A stretch of DNA of 63,792 nucleotides, filler included, from Octopus bimaculoides (GCF_001194135.2; 6 parts of 6 records of this genome joined end to end with filler, not necessarily neighbours in it); one strand, 5' to 3'; positions 11,989 to 25,056 are shown, counted from the whole stretch's first letter. A program made the numbers and translations. Notes: generated by a model from the letters alone, not told the origin.

Positions 11989-12347
11989 ATGCTATGCCAC
12001 TACGATAGATTGCTTAATAAAGAGAATGAATGGGAGAAAGAGAGCCTGCCGTATGTCGACCCAATAGAGGGACCAGCTATCCGAGTTGATAGTACCAGGG
12101 TAGATAAAGCAATTAAGAGTATGAAGACCGGGAAAGCCCCCGGCCCATCAGGAATCACTGCAGAGATGCTCAAAATATCTGGCAGTGTTGGCTATAGCCT
12201 AGTCACCCGTATTACGAACCAGGTGATACACAAAGGAGTCATACCCAATGACTGGTGTAGCAGCATCATAGTCAACTGCTACAAAGGTAAAGGGGACGCT
12301 TTAGATACAAATAATTACAGAGGCATCAAGCTGTTAGATCAGGTTAT
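11989..12347 (+). mobile_element. RTE-clade LINE fragment (pre-RT region), cut by a scaffold join
   Basis: ORF 11989..12399: KAPGPSGITAEMLK...NCYKGKGDALDTNNYRGIKLLDQV, paralogous to 11652..11933. Confidence 0.9.
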
Positions 12348-12447
12348 NNNNNNNNNNNNNNNNNNNNNNNNNNNNNNNNNNNNNNNNNNNNTTAATTAAT
12401 TAANNNNNNNNNNNNNNNNNNNNNNNNNNNNNNNNNNNNNNNNNNNN
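12348..12447. other. Artificial 100-bp scaffold join N44-TTAATTAATTAA-N44
   Basis: Identical 44+12+44 structure also at 37463-37562, 49628-49727, 57454-57553 and 62370-62469. Confidence 0.97.
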
Positions 12448-12705
12448 ACTACAGTATCGAAATGTGATTGTTTCAGTTAGTGGAATAGTTTCATTTTTAA
12501 AGTGAAAGTATTTGACATGAGTGTTTTTGTTTCACTTTTGACACGTAATACTTAAATAGTGGAGGAGATATTATGTTGCCGTGTGCTCGAACTCTGCAAG
12601 AAGTTAATACTTTTTTTTGACTAAAACACAACTGGAACCCTAAGTAAGGCATGTGTAAAATTTGAATGAAATTGGTTGCGTAGTTCTCGAGTTTTAGGGA
12701 TTCAC

Positions 12706-12740
<35 letters not shown>

Positions 12741-12770
12741 CACATTCTCATTTTTATATATATAGATAGA
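12448..12770 (+). mobile_element. Non-autonomous Helitron/Helentron-type short element (DINE-1/Lep1-like)
   Basis: aaatttgaatgaaattggttgcgtagttctcgagttttag, internal (GACA)n and terminal ttttatatatatagat; this layout resembles DINE-1/Lep1-type elements as I recall them. Confidence 0.5.
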
Positions 12771-12869
12771 TATATATGTATGTATAATAGCTGCTTTCTC
12801 GTATTCGAACAAAGCCATCGTTAGGAAAAACAACTGAAATGAGTAATTGATGATACAATGTGAGTCCCT

Positions 12870-13270
12870 TGTATGGCTCTTGAGCTCAGCAAAAGATTTG
12901 CACATTCTATTGCATAATGTACAGTTGTGCTGGCTAGCAGAAAGAACAGGTGCCACAGTATAAACTTTTTTGACATGCCTTTTCAATCCTTTCCAATCTT
13001 CACACCTTTCTACGGGTTGTACATGTTTTGTGGTGAACAATCGCCATATCACAATTTACAATGGGTGAGTTCTCAGATAGGTGACCAGGCCTGCACGACT
13101 CAAGCGTTTCCTTCCTCAAATCACATATAAAAAGCATCACTCCCTCATTTTCTACTGGTTCATTCTTTCTAAGTCTTCTCTTAATCTTCTCGTGCTTCTT
13201 TCTCTTTCAAACTGCGAACAATCATTGTACACTCTTCCCCCCCCCCCATCCATTTCGGTCTTGTACCTCC
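12870..13270 (-). mobile_element. C-terminus of a second RTE/BovB-like LINE family with C2H2-type finger(s), degraded
   Basis: Frameshifted reading DRNGW...FERER...KRRLRKNE...FICDL/GRKRLSRAGLVTYLRTH, then CTLCNRMCKSFAELKSHTRDSH (ORF 12702..13052). Confidence 0.6.
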
Positions 13271-13561
13271 CTCTCCCAAACAACAACTGAAACACCTGTC
13301 TTTGTCAGAGCAATTCTGAGGTAGTCCTGAACCCAAGATAGATACGCAGTTTCATACTTATTATTACTATTGGAGCAACAGGAAACACCAATATGCTACA
13401 AATGATCGCGATATCTGAGACAATAAGAATATACAAGTTGATTCTTAAGATTTTTGGGATGATGAATAAAAAAAAAAACGCTTTCCTTCACTACCCTGCG
13501 ACCAAGCAGGTGACTGATCCATATTAACTCTAAATTAAAAAGAGAAAACATACATAAATAT

Positions 13562-13722
13562 GCAGGAGTGGCTGTGTGGTAAGTAGCTTGCTTACTAACA
13601 ACATAGTTCCAGGTTCAGTCCCACTGCGTGGCACCTTGGGCAAGTGTCTTCTACTATAGCCTCGGGCCGACCAAAGCCTTGTGAGTGGATTTGGTAGATG
13701 GAAACTGAAAGAAGCCCACCGT

Positions 13723-13725
<3 letters not shown>
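13562..13725 (+). mobile_element. tRNA-derived SINE family A, 5' half
   Basis: gcaggagtggctgtgtggtaag...ggttcagtcccactgcgtggcaccttgggcaagtgtc then (TA)n/(TG)n. Related copies at about 2775-2940, 7985-8072, 18825-18890, 49125-49255(-), 54075-54230(-) and 60225-60345. Confidence 0.85.
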
Positions 13726-13753
<28 letters not shown>

Positions 13754-13794
13754 NNNNNNNNNNNNNNNNNNNNNNNNNNNNNNNNNNNNNNNNN

Positions 13795-13855
<61 letters not shown>

Positions 13856-14230
13856 TGTGTGCGCGTGCGCTTATATAAAAAACCAGTATTGTATTAAAAG
13901 TGAGACATGGTGGCCTAATAAATGGACATCAATAAAATGAGTCCCAGACTGAAATAAGTGCTGTGATAGATAGAACTGAAGGAACAAGTGTACATTATTC
14001 ATAATATTCGGTTTCCCTACTAGGAATTTTACTTCTAATGACAGAAGAACCAAGCTTTTTATTTCTAATGAGGAAAAATCATGCTTCAAAGCTTCCCAAA
14101 ATCCTTTGATTTCTCTTAGGTACGCTGCTAATAACACAAAATTAAACGCGTTACTTGTGTATCACATCCAAATGCCAAAGGCTTCAAAAGGCTGTGTTAA
14201 GTTCAAGCTACTTGTGATTTGTCATTCTAG

Positions 14231-14303
14231 GACGAAGGCTTGAATGATTACAAGCATTTTCGAAGACTGGTTTATAAACTGGATCTGTACTGTTTAAAAA
14301 AAG
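14231..14303 (+). CDS. Weak candidate exon
   Basis: Acceptor gatttgtcattctag| and donor AAG|gtacat. Only one frame open (DEGLNDYKHFRRLVYKLDLYCLKK). Could be chance; not phase-compatible with direct splicing from 5965-6080. Confidence 0.22.
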
Positions 14304-14405
14304 GTACATTGTTAGGTGTACTGTTTCCATCATAAGATTGGTCCTTTTAGAGAATGTACCATAACCAACCAATGAACTTCAATGGCCTTTCTGATAATAT
14401 AAAAG

Positions 14406-14445
<40 letters not shown>

Positions 14446-14629
14446 NNNNNNNNNNNNNNNNNNNNNNNNNNNNNNNNNNNNNNNNNNNNNNNNNNNNNNN
14501 NNNNNNNNNNNNNNNNNNNNNNNNNNNNNNNNNNNNNNNNNNNNNNNNNNNNNNNNNNNNNNNNNNNNNNNNNNNNNNNNNNNNNNNNNNNNNNNNNNNN
14601 NNNNNNNNNNNNNNATATATATATATAGT

Positions 14630-14810
14630 TGGAATTTACAGAAAAACAAAAGACGAAGACAGGTGTGTAAACAACAAGCAGGTGTATTAGTTTAACGCTC
14701 GGGAAGGTGAGAAAGTCTTTTATGTTTCGAGCCTACGCTCTTCAACAGAAAGGAACGCGAGAAAATAAACAGAGAGAATAAAAAAAGCTTTAGTGGCTAG
14801 CGGCCGATCA
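14630..14810 (-). mobile_element. Short Penelope-like terminal repeat containing a minimal hammerhead-like fold
   Basis: Shared with 53925-54063(+): ttctgttgaagagcgtaggctcgaaac...aaagactttc...gttgtttacac..cctgtcttcgtc. Confidence 0.65.
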
Positions 14811-14819
14811 TGCACACAT

Positions 14820-14858
<39 letters not shown>

Positions 14859-15063
14859 TGTATGTATGTATGAATACGTGTGTGTGTGTGTGTGTATGTG
14901 TGTGTGTGTGTGTGTAGTCAATTCAAATAAACGACAAGAGGACGTGCACAAAACGAATGTATTACTTTGATGATCGGTGAAAAGAGAGAGTTTGACGTTT
15001 CTAGCCTATGTACGTATGTATGTTGAACGGCACGCAGCCTTGTCCACAATAAGTTCTTACATT

Positions 15064-15095
<32 letters not shown>

Positions 15096-15179
15096 TGTAT
15101 GTATGTATATATATATCTATATATGTATATATATATATATATATATATGTCCTTTGTTTTAGTCAATAGTTCAAGGTTT

Positions 15180-15725
15180 ATAGCTATCTCCAAGGCATAT
15201 TATCGGAGAGCTTTGAAACAAATCAAAAAAGCGTATGATGTCTCAATAAATTTACAGTTCAGAAAAAGTTCAACATGTTAAATGAAAAGAAAACGTAGCC
15301 GAGTTATGAAACGACGTGGAATACTCAAGTATGACTCTATGCGTGACTTTACTGGTTTTCCTCTAGCAGAAAATCTACACCAACTTCAGCTAGACATTGT
15401 GACTCTGGCAAATGATGTAGGCTTTGAAAAAGTCGTAAAAGATGGTGTGGTTGTGTTGCAAAAGGTGGCATAGTGAAAGTTTCTCTAACGAGGAACTGAT
15501 GATGTTAAACGATTGTTAGCTGAAAGACAAGAAGCTATACAAGCTCCACCAATTCCTGTTCAAATGATTGCAAAGAAAAATGGGTAAAATGTTGGAACTT
15601 ATAGAGAAAGGTCTTCAAGTCTGTCATGATAATGATGTTAATCCTGACGTTAACATTAAGATTACGAGGGGGGTTAATAATGTGCTTAGTGCCTATAACA
15701 TGCAGTACAAGGAGATAGCGTGCCG
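15180..15725 (+). mobile_element. pogo/Tigger DNA transposase C-terminal remnant
   Basis: Frameshifted AISKAYYRR... / DFTGFPLAENLHQLQLDIVTLANDVGFEKV / HSESFSNEEL / GLQVCHDNDVNPD...YNMQYKE, like the TIGD1/Tigger C-terminus. Confidence 0.7.
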
Positions 15726-15773
15726 TTGACGCTGATTCTGATTTATAGGGCAAAGACTGTGCACCTCGCCCCC

Positions 15774-15804
<31 letters not shown>

Positions 15805-15840
15805 TATTTCTTTCTTTCTGTCTGTCTGTTTGTCTCTCTC

Positions 15841-15884
<44 letters not shown>

Positions 15885-16553
15885 TCTCTCTCTCTCTCGT
15901 ATAAATTCACATTGCACTCAAACAGCAGTCAACATCGTTTTGGTGTAGTTGGTTTTATTACTGTACCCTTAATTATTCGCAAATGAATTTTCTCTTCGAA
16001 GTTTTTATGTACACATACGATACTGTGTGTGTTTAAACATTGACATTTTCGTGTACATAAATTGTATTGCTGCTGCACACTCCCCCTCACTCTCTCTCAA
16101 TCTTTCTCTCTCTCCCGCTCTCTCATTCTCTCTCACTCCCTCTTTTCCGAAAAAAAAAAATTCCTTCACAACTCATCTCAGTTTATAATATGGAAAAGCA
16201 GCAGGTAAACTGGTATCGAGTGACAGTATTCTACATTACGGTAAAATTTTCAAGAACCGGTTTCTCCGTAACACGTGATCCTTCCTCTATCACTTTGCAT
16301 ACCTCACGCAAATGTAGTGACTCGCTACTTTCTATAATGTCGCCAACCATATACTTCTCAATGTCCTACCAAATTAATTGTGATTCTGCCAGCCATTCGA
16401 ATAAAGGTTTTGTAACATCAAGACCATGAACATGCATCCAAGACCAGGAACGTGATCCAAAACCATGAACATGGATCCAACTTCATTTTTCTTGAATTTT
16501 TGATCAATTCTTATTTGATAGCAACTAGTATTCGGTTGATGACACCTGCTGAA

Positions 16554-16943
16554 GTTGTTGTTGTTGGCTCTCCGTCGCTTACGACGTCGAGGGTTCCAGT
16601 TGATCCGATCAACGGAACAGCCTGCTCGTGAAATTAACGTGCAAGTGGCTGAGCACTCCACAGACACGTGTACCCTTAACGTAGTTCTCGGGGATATTCA
16701 GCGTGACACAGTGTGACAAGGCTGACCCTTTGAATTACAGGCACAACAGAAACAGGAAGAAAGAGTGAGAGAAAGTTGTGGTAAAAGAGCACAGCAGGGT
16801 TCGCCACCATCCCCTGTCGGAGCTTCGTGGAGTTTTAGGTGTTTTCGCTCAATAAACACTCTCAACGCCTGGTCTGGGAATCGAAACCGCGATCCTATGA
16901 CTGCGAGTCCGCTGCCCTAAGCACTGGGCCATTGCGCCTCCAC
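16554..16943 (-). mobile_element. tRNA-derived SINE (Arg-tRNA-like head), young copy with (AAC)n tail
   Basis: Minus-strand head GTGGAGGCGCAATGGCCCAGTGCTTAGG...GGTTTCGATTCC with A and B boxes; CpG-rich; (GTT)n on plus at 16554-16566. The same head starts at 62340 before a gap. Confidence 0.85.
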
Positions 16944-17169
16944 TCCTGTTGGAGTATCTATTGACCAAACATCTAAATTGGTGGACTATAGTGAAAAATA
17001 TTTTTCAGTTTTAATTTAACATAACTGTCTGATGGAACAGTTAGTTTTGAAACTTGGTGTAACAGCAGACGTTATCAGACAATTAAATGTTGTTATATTT
17101 TACACCAAGTGTTGAGTACTTTTTTCTTGTTTGAAGATGTGTGTATGTGTGCATGGCGTTGCTGTGTAT

Positions 17170-17730
17170 ATGTCATATAGTGTGTGAGTGTGTACATGTA
17201 TGTACGAATTCATCCATGTACGTGTGGATGTATATATAGGTGGATGGATGGGTGTGTGTGTATGTATGTATGTATGCATGTATTTGTGTGTGCACGCGTG
17301 CGTGCATGCATGTATGCATGAATATATGTGTGTATTGAGTGTATGTGCGCATGTGAGTGTGTGCATGTGTGTGAAATCTATGTAAGTACAAATGTACTTA
17401 TGCGTGGGTACTTGTTTTTATTTATGCATGTATGTATGGTTGTATGTTTATGTGTGTGCGTTTGTATGCATGTATGTTCGTGCGTACGTATGTATGTGTG
17501 TGTGCGTATGCATGCATATATGTATGTATGTATGTATGTATGCATGTGTGTGTACGTACGTATGTATGTGTGTGTACGTATGTCTTTATGCATGTATGTA
17601 TGTATGTATGTATGTATGTATGTATGTATGCATGTATGTATGTGTGCTCCTATGAGTATGTGCTTCTGTGTGTGCGTGTGTGTGTATGTGCGCTCGCCCG
17701 CGCGCGCAGTGTATGTGTGCGCGTGCCAGA
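17170..17730. repeat. Compound (TATG)n/(TG)n low-complexity tract
   Basis: Direct inspection; source of the MCVYV-type pseudo-ORFs. Confidence 0.95.
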
Positions 17731-18231
17731 AAGTCAGACAGACATATCACTCCTCTGACGCTAAACAAAGGCCGGAAGTATTATTAGTATAGCCGCTATG
17801 AAATATAGCTGCTCGCCATTGTTAGCTTTGATGTAAATTGTCTGAAGAAATGTCATTTTTACAAATTATTTCTAGTTTAATGTGGCCTGGAAAGCGATCG
17901 ATAATGTCTGTGTCCTGATTTCATTCTAACAACAATAACAACAATTATAATTTATTTGCCACGGGAGCATTCGATTTAGATAAAAAAAAAAAAGAAGAAA
18001 AAGTGAAAGAAAGAAAAACACGAAGACACGCACGTATAAACGCACTCCTATATATNNNNNNNNNNNNNNNNNNNNNNNNNNNNNNNNNNNNNNNNNNNNN
18101 NNNNNNNNNNNNNNNNNNNNNNNNNNNNNNNNNNNNNNNNNNNNNNNNNNNNNNNNNNNNNNNNNNNNNNNNNNNNNNNNNNNNNNNNNNNNNNNNNNNN
18201 NNNNNNNNNNNNNNNNNNNNNNNNNNNNNNN

Positions 18232-18269
<38 letters not shown>

Positions 18270-18401
18270 AACACAGGACGGAGACTAGAGATTATGAAAC
18301 AAAATGTCACGCATATACACACACATATATATACATACATGTATACATGCATATATTTTTATATGCATATACGCATACACCTATAGATATACAAACAAGT
18401 A

Positions 18402-18445
<44 letters not shown>

Positions 18446-18504
18446 TACGATCACATACGCATATACAGACAAGCTGACAGAAAGAAATATAAAGTGACAG
18501 ATGA

Positions 18505-18535
<31 letters not shown>

Positions 18536-19639
18536 CATACATACACACATACATATACACATACTGACATATGTATAAATACATATTCATACACACACAC
18601 ATAAACATACATACACACATACATACACGAAAACATACACATACACACATATTTGTCTTACATACAGCTAAGTAGTTATAGATACATGCGTGCGCGCTCA
18701 CCCCCGTCGCACACACACATACCTAAGCACACGTGAATACACCGTTTAGAATGTGGTCTACCTTAATTGAAAGAGAATAGTTAAGAGAAAAAAATCGCTT
18801 ATATCCTTCATTAATATATGCACAGACATAGTCTAGTACTTAAGAAGATCACTTCGCAACCATGTGATTCCTAGTTCGATTCCACTCTCTACAGTAGCTA
18901 CATATTTGCTGAAACCTTCTAAGGGTAACAGTGTGTGTGTGTGTGTGTGTATTTTTATATACTGGCATGGTATGGTCTATCGAACTGTAGCTCTTTGTGA
19001 CAAATAGGAACCTAGCCATTAGATGATTAGACATCAACAAAGAAGGTATGTTACTGAAATAAGTAGTCTGACATAAAAATATAATGTTTCTGATAAATAA
19101 TTTTGCTAGAAAGAGCAACCAAACTCTCCGTATCCCCACCGCACCGCGCCCCTTTAAAGATAAAGGAAGGATGCATTGGTTGTAGTTTGAGATGTATTAC
19201 GTCTGAAGAGTAAAAAGGACGGTCAAAACTAAAAGGGTAATCAATCTTGTCAATCAATGACAAGAACGACAATAACAAATTGTATATCACAAACCAGGGA
19301 CGGAACCGCACCTGTGAACGCGAGAGAAACTGTATACGGTCAATTAATCTTCTAGATAGCAGTCAAATCTCACGCTTGCAACATACTTGATAATAGACCC
19401 GCTTGATGAGGGCTGACTATCGGCCAAACTTGTATGTCTTACTATATATATAATTCATTATGGCTGAGCACCGTGATAAATTTAGTAAGGCATAACAAGA
19501 CTGTTACTACAAGATCCAGTTCTTGTGGAGAAGTGGTTTGTGTGCCTCAATGACCCTGAGAGCTATGCCAACGAAGGGAAAGCTTCTGGTAGGGCTTTTC
19601 ATGTTGGACAGATCAAAGGAAAGAGACCAAAATGGTATT

Positions 19640-19850
19640 GTTGTCACATTTTGGCCCAAGGCCAGTAATTTCGGGGTAGGTGTAAGTCGATTACATCGAC
19701 CCTAGTGCTCAACTGATACTTATTTTATCGACCCTGAAAGGATGAAAGGCAAAGTCGACCTGGCGGAATTTGAACTCAGAGCGTAAAGACGAACAGAATG
19801 CCGTTGAGCATTTTGCCCGGCGTGCTAACGATTCTGCCAGCACGCCGCCT
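19640..19850 (-). mobile_element. SINE family B, CpG-intact
   Basis: gatgaaaggcaaagtcgacctggcggaatttgaactcagagcgtaaagacg...cgtgctaacgattctgccagcacgccgcc. Confidence 0.88.
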
Positions 19851-21577
19851 TAGACCAGACCAATATTGATTACTTCTCAGAGGTAAAAATAGGTTTGCGT
19901 AGGTCCAGCACCTCAACCGAGAAAAAAAAATGGCTAGGTTAAAGAAGCATCGATAATTCAAAACCAACAAGACCTGAGAGAGGGATATCTTCTCTCAGGA
20001 AAATATGATAAGGGGTAAAAAGCAGGGGTCCAAATGGAGAGGAGCAGAAAATACGGAGTTAAGGGAAATGGAAAAAAGTTGTCAATAACCTATGCTCCAT
20101 AGGGTGTGAACGGTTTAAGAAGAATAGCAAGACTGTTTTTGGGAGCCAAGAATAGCATTTTTCCCAGAATTCAAGGGCTCTGTGATTATTTTTAAGGGTA
20201 TGGGTTCGGCAGATAGCCAGAGGCCTCTTCTTTAGCTCTCCGATGCATCGGCTGAATTTTTTTCAGAAGGCCTGCGTAATGGTATTTGATTTTTCTGTTT
20301 AGATATATTTTGACACAAGGCTCACTCCAGCTCCCTGACATATCCGAGAAATATTCTCTCTCTCTCTCTCCATTCTGCTTTAAGTAAAACTTAAAGCAAA
20401 TTGGGTCACTCATTCACATCCTACCTCACGCACTTAAATTTGTTTTCACCCAGAAGCAGACCCTTTCATTCAGCCTTCACTCAGCACATAATGATTTTTT
20501 GTAAAATTTTTGCCAGAGGGGATGGACAAAGTCTATGACACTTCACATCGCTTCTATGACTAGTGGGAAGGGAATGAGAGATAGAGAGAGAGAGAGAGAG
20601 AGAGAAGGAAAGAGAGAGAGAGAGAGAGAAAGAGAGAGATCCTGAAACTGGAGACCTGGTCCGAATGCATACAACAGAATAGACTCCACTAAAGGCACCT
20701 AAGGAGCTAGTGTTAAACATGACAATGGATTAAGTCTAGCACCCATGTGCGCCATAGCGAGATTTGAACTAAAAACGCAAGAGCCGGAACAAATACCACA
20801 AAGCTTCAGATCCGACGTTCTTACAGTCCCGCCAATCCACACCCCTGGACTGGTACTGTTTTTTATGGCTCCCAAAAGGATGGAAGGCAAAGTTGACCTC
20901 GGCGGGATTAGAACTCAGAGTTGGGACAAACACTGCTAGACTCTCTATCAAACGCTCTAACGATTCCGCCAGTTCGCCGCAAGTATGTGATGAGTACCTT
21001 TGATAAAGAAGTAAAGGTCTTGTCTTAATTCATTCCATTCTAAATTTCCATGTCACTCCAGTCATTCTAACTATTCGTTATAGCCAAACAGATTCGGCAT
21101 AACTACTTAACCGTCTTTAAAAGAAAAGAGGTAGAACGATCCTCATCATAGACTCGAACGGCTGCTGGATTTTTCCCACGTGTAATGCATGCTGTTTGAG
21201 ACAAGCGTGTGGAAGTTTCAATTTCGTTTCCCACTAGTAGACATTTCCCTTTTCTTATGTCGCTAAGACCCTTAGGAAAGAAATGCTCAACGAAAAAAAT
21301 CAATGTACAGTAAAAGCGAGCCAACATCTCGGGTAGCCGCATCCTCGACTCCGTTTCGATTTCCGATTATTGTCCTTCCACTTCACTTACATCGCTAATG
21401 CTCCTGCAAATAGCATGGACATTACGAAATTCAATTTCCTTTCTTAAATATAGGGTTTTATCAAAAGAATTCAATATTTATCAGACCTTTGGCTATCATA
21501 AACGTTTCTCCAAATTCATTCTATTCCCTCCCCTCCCCATTTCATCTTTCTTTCTTTCTTTCTTACTTCCTTTCTTC

Positions 21578-21643
<66 letters not shown>

Positions 21644-22099
21644 CTTCCCCCATCTCCCCGTGCTCTCTCATTCCAGCTCTTTCTACCAAATATTCCTTGT
21701 TCTAAAAGCGAATGAATTAGAAACTGCTAGTTCTGAGACTACATATACAGTTTACATAGAAGCCTCTGAGCGGTAACTCAAATTGCAAGAAATAGCATTC
21801 AAATCTCCCTCAAATCACACACTTCTAATTTAAATGTATTTAAGGAAGGATTCATTGAATAATGTGATTTAGTATGCACACTGGTCATGGATTGAACATC
21901 TTTGATCATAAGTCTTTTCGGTTAACGCTGACCTGGGGCTAAACAGTAATAACAACTTCAAAAACAGAAGCAACAGCAACAAAGACCTATTACTTCACAT
22001 AAATGTAATCCTCTTCTTTCAGGCTTTATCTGATATTATATACATATTTACTACTTGTTAAAGTTTTATTTCTCTATCGTTTATCTATACTATAATAAT

Positions 22100-22500
22100 G
22101 GTTTCAAATTTTGACACAAAGCCAGCAGTTTTAGGGAAGTCGACCTTAGTGCTTGACTGGTACTTGTTTTATCGACCCCAAAAGGATGAAAGGCAAAGGC
22201 GGTATTTGAACTTAGAACGTAAACCCAGAAGACATGCCGCTAAATATTTTCTCAGGCGCAACCGCTTAATCTAAACTATAATAATCCTTTCCACTATAGG
22301 CACAAAGCATGAAGTTTTGCGGGAGGGGCTAGTTGATTACTCGACCCAGTGCTTGACTGGTACCTATTTTATCAACCCCAAAAAGATGAGATGCAAACTC
22401 GATCGATCTCGGCGGAATTTGAACTCAGAATGTAAAGATGGATGAAATGTCGCTAAGCATTTTGTCCGGCGCGATAACGATTCTGTCAGCTCGCTGCCTA
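22100..22500 (-). mobile_element. Two tandem SINE family B copies
   Basis: Two repeats of ggcacaaag/gacacaaag...gtgcttgactggtac...gaactcagaa. Confidence 0.8.
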
Positions 22501-24419
22501 GTCTAAACTATAGTAAGAATTAATTTTAAAAAATGTTGTTGGATCTTAAACATGCTAACCAAATTTACTGGATAGTTATAGGGGACTCACCTCAGTCATG
22601 TTTGATCATACTGCTGTATATTTATGAGCTGGCTCGTGCAAAATATTTTGTAAAAGACAGACTGGAAGACCATGCATGCAAGTCTTTCATCCTCAAACTA
22701 CCAGTGTTTATTTAAGAGAAAGGTCACCAACTTAATCCGATGCAGTATGGCACTATTGTGGTCGCATAAGTTGCTGTCACTCAGTGAGGTAGCTAGAGTG
22801 TGTGCTGTCCAGAGTAGCTCTTTATTTTGTCTCCTCTACAGAACGTAATAAGCCTATATAGGTTTATACAGCAGATTCTAAAGTTCCGTCCTCATAAAAG
22901 CGTCGTACGGGGTGGACTGCCCATCACCCCATTCCAGCAATGCTCAAGTACTGCAAGGTATCTTGCCCAACTTTCCCACAGTTCCGCCAATCACCTTTCT
23001 GGACAGGTACTTTTCTTTTCTTGAAAGACAAAGTTGACCCCGGTGTGATTTGAGCTCAGAGCGTTGAGAGACGGAACAAGTATCACGACTTATTCCACTC
23101 AACGACAACTCAACTTATTCGCTGCTATTAATCCGGAAACACTCTGTTTTCTAAACATTCCAACTTATATAAGCATTGTAAGCTCCATGAAAATGAAAAT
23201 ATATATCTTATCTTGATTTTTCTCACTAATACTATTTTGCTCATCATAAATTTGTGACATGTATGAATTGTAAAACCATATTTATAACATCTTCGTTGAT
23301 GTTTAGCTTCAGATTAGTCCTAATCGAGCAGATATATGAGTAAAGGCTCTCAAGCCATGAGGCCACTACATGCTTTTTATCAGGAATAGTCCATCAAGAA
23401 CTACATTGTCCAATCCACTCTTCTATTTTTAAGACGGTGGCAGTTTATGAGGTTGATTTCACCGCAGCTTGAACAACTACAAAGTCGTTCTCTCAATGTT
23501 TCATGTAGGCTATGAACTTTCTAACACGTGTTATGATTTCGTCTCTAGTGATAAATACCACCTCTTTACACAACTGTAAGGCTTAAATTTAGACTGATGT
23601 TTACTGCTTTCTGGTTTTCACAAATCTCTCTGACATATCATGCCGAAAACCTCAAGATATAAGTCGTCTTTTTTTGCTACTTGTTTTCATTTGGAATTTT
23701 ATGGATTTCAGTTTTTACCTTCCGCTTACACTTTACTTCTGTTGTCTGCCTATTTTTGTCTTAGAAACCGACTGTGATCAAACTTAGAGAGGAATGGACT
23801 CAACCAGGTTTACATACATATATATATTAAAAAATGGCCATGTCATGCCGTGTGTCACGACTGCAGCCCTACTACTCAAGTCGAGGACACAAATATTTGC
23901 CGATATGTAAAGACACCCAGGTCAGTTATACTATCTGTTGCCAATTTTTAAAGATCTTCTATGGCTTACTCAGAAAGAGAAGAGAAGTACCCATGATATT
24001 TTTCAAAGTTTCCGCATCTTAAGATACTGGATTCATTTTTCTACCTTAGAAAGGAAGAATTAATTGAAATATTTTCTTGCACAAGCAGTCAAGTTATAGC
24101 GTGATCTTTAATCGTTCCAACAATATCGTTAATTTCCATTTTGCTAGCCATCTAATTAAAAATATCCTTTTCCTCCTCTCTGATGCTTTTTGAAAATTTC
24201 GATCCGGAAATTTATTTAACTCTCCGAATACTTTATGTAGTTTTCATATTTTATATAGTTATTGTCTAATATAATATGATATATTAAGTATTGGAAACCA
24301 ATCATCTCTTTTATCATCTTCAATGTCTTTCCCAATCAATTAATATCAATATAGTTTTCGTATAACCATATATCTATCAACCGGGGAGTTGCTCTCCACC
24401 GACACGCACCAGCGGTCTT

Positions 24420-24860
24420 TTCATGAGAAATTCAACGAAAGCAATCTTGTTGACTTGACATCAACAAAGCTTTCAAGTGTGTCTAACGCGAGAGCCTCTG
24501 AGTAAAGCTACTCATATATGGGTTCCATCCGGAAGTTTCCCATTAAACAGCTTCCATCGCAGCAAGTGCTCACGTGGCTCACTCACTCCAACGCACACTC
24601 CATCAATTCTACTGCGCTTAGGGGTTAGGTTAGATTACTCACACTCTTCTTCCTGAATATTGAATAACATTCTCAATGTCAATTCTGACAGCATTCACTT
24701 CTATATAAATAATACAACTCTTACCACTTTCCTTGTTTGCTCTACTACATAATTGCATGTTATCCACATCCAGTCAAGACACCGCACTCCAGATTTCCAA
24801 TTTCCATGGACAGAGACTTTTTAAACATCCTCCATTGAGAACCTGATAACTAATTCTTCT
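24420..24860 (+). mobile_element. Heavily decayed LINE RT (CR1/Jockey/I group)
   Basis: LDINKAFKCV*RESL*VKLLIYGFHP resembles LDISKAFDRVWH..LL.KL..YG. Confidence 0.5.
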
Positions 24861-24995
24861 TTAACATCACTAAAGTACAATCATTATGCAATGAAGGGAT
24901 TTACTTTGTATCTCATCTTCCTGCAGATGATACCAATACAACCGAAATTTTCATAGACGCTATAAAAGACAGACCTTACAACAGATGTATACATC

Positions 24996-25056
<61 letters not shown>

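Noticed and set aside
14045-14118. Plus-strand exon candidate KNQAFISNEEKSCFKASQNPLISL
   Set aside because: Splicing to 14231 gives a stop after 4 codons and it is out of phase with the 5965 exon; insufficient support.
16420-16478. Three imperfect 20-bp tandem units (also three approximately 37-bp units at 7897-7985)
   Set aside because: Ordinary local slippage duplications with no further structure.
16870-16943. Functional tRNA gene
   Set aside because: A and B boxes are present but there is no acceptor stem, and it continues into a SINE body and tail.
24617-24636. ttaggggttaggttag as a telomere-like seed
   Set aside because: Fewer than three imperfect units, inside a decayed RT.
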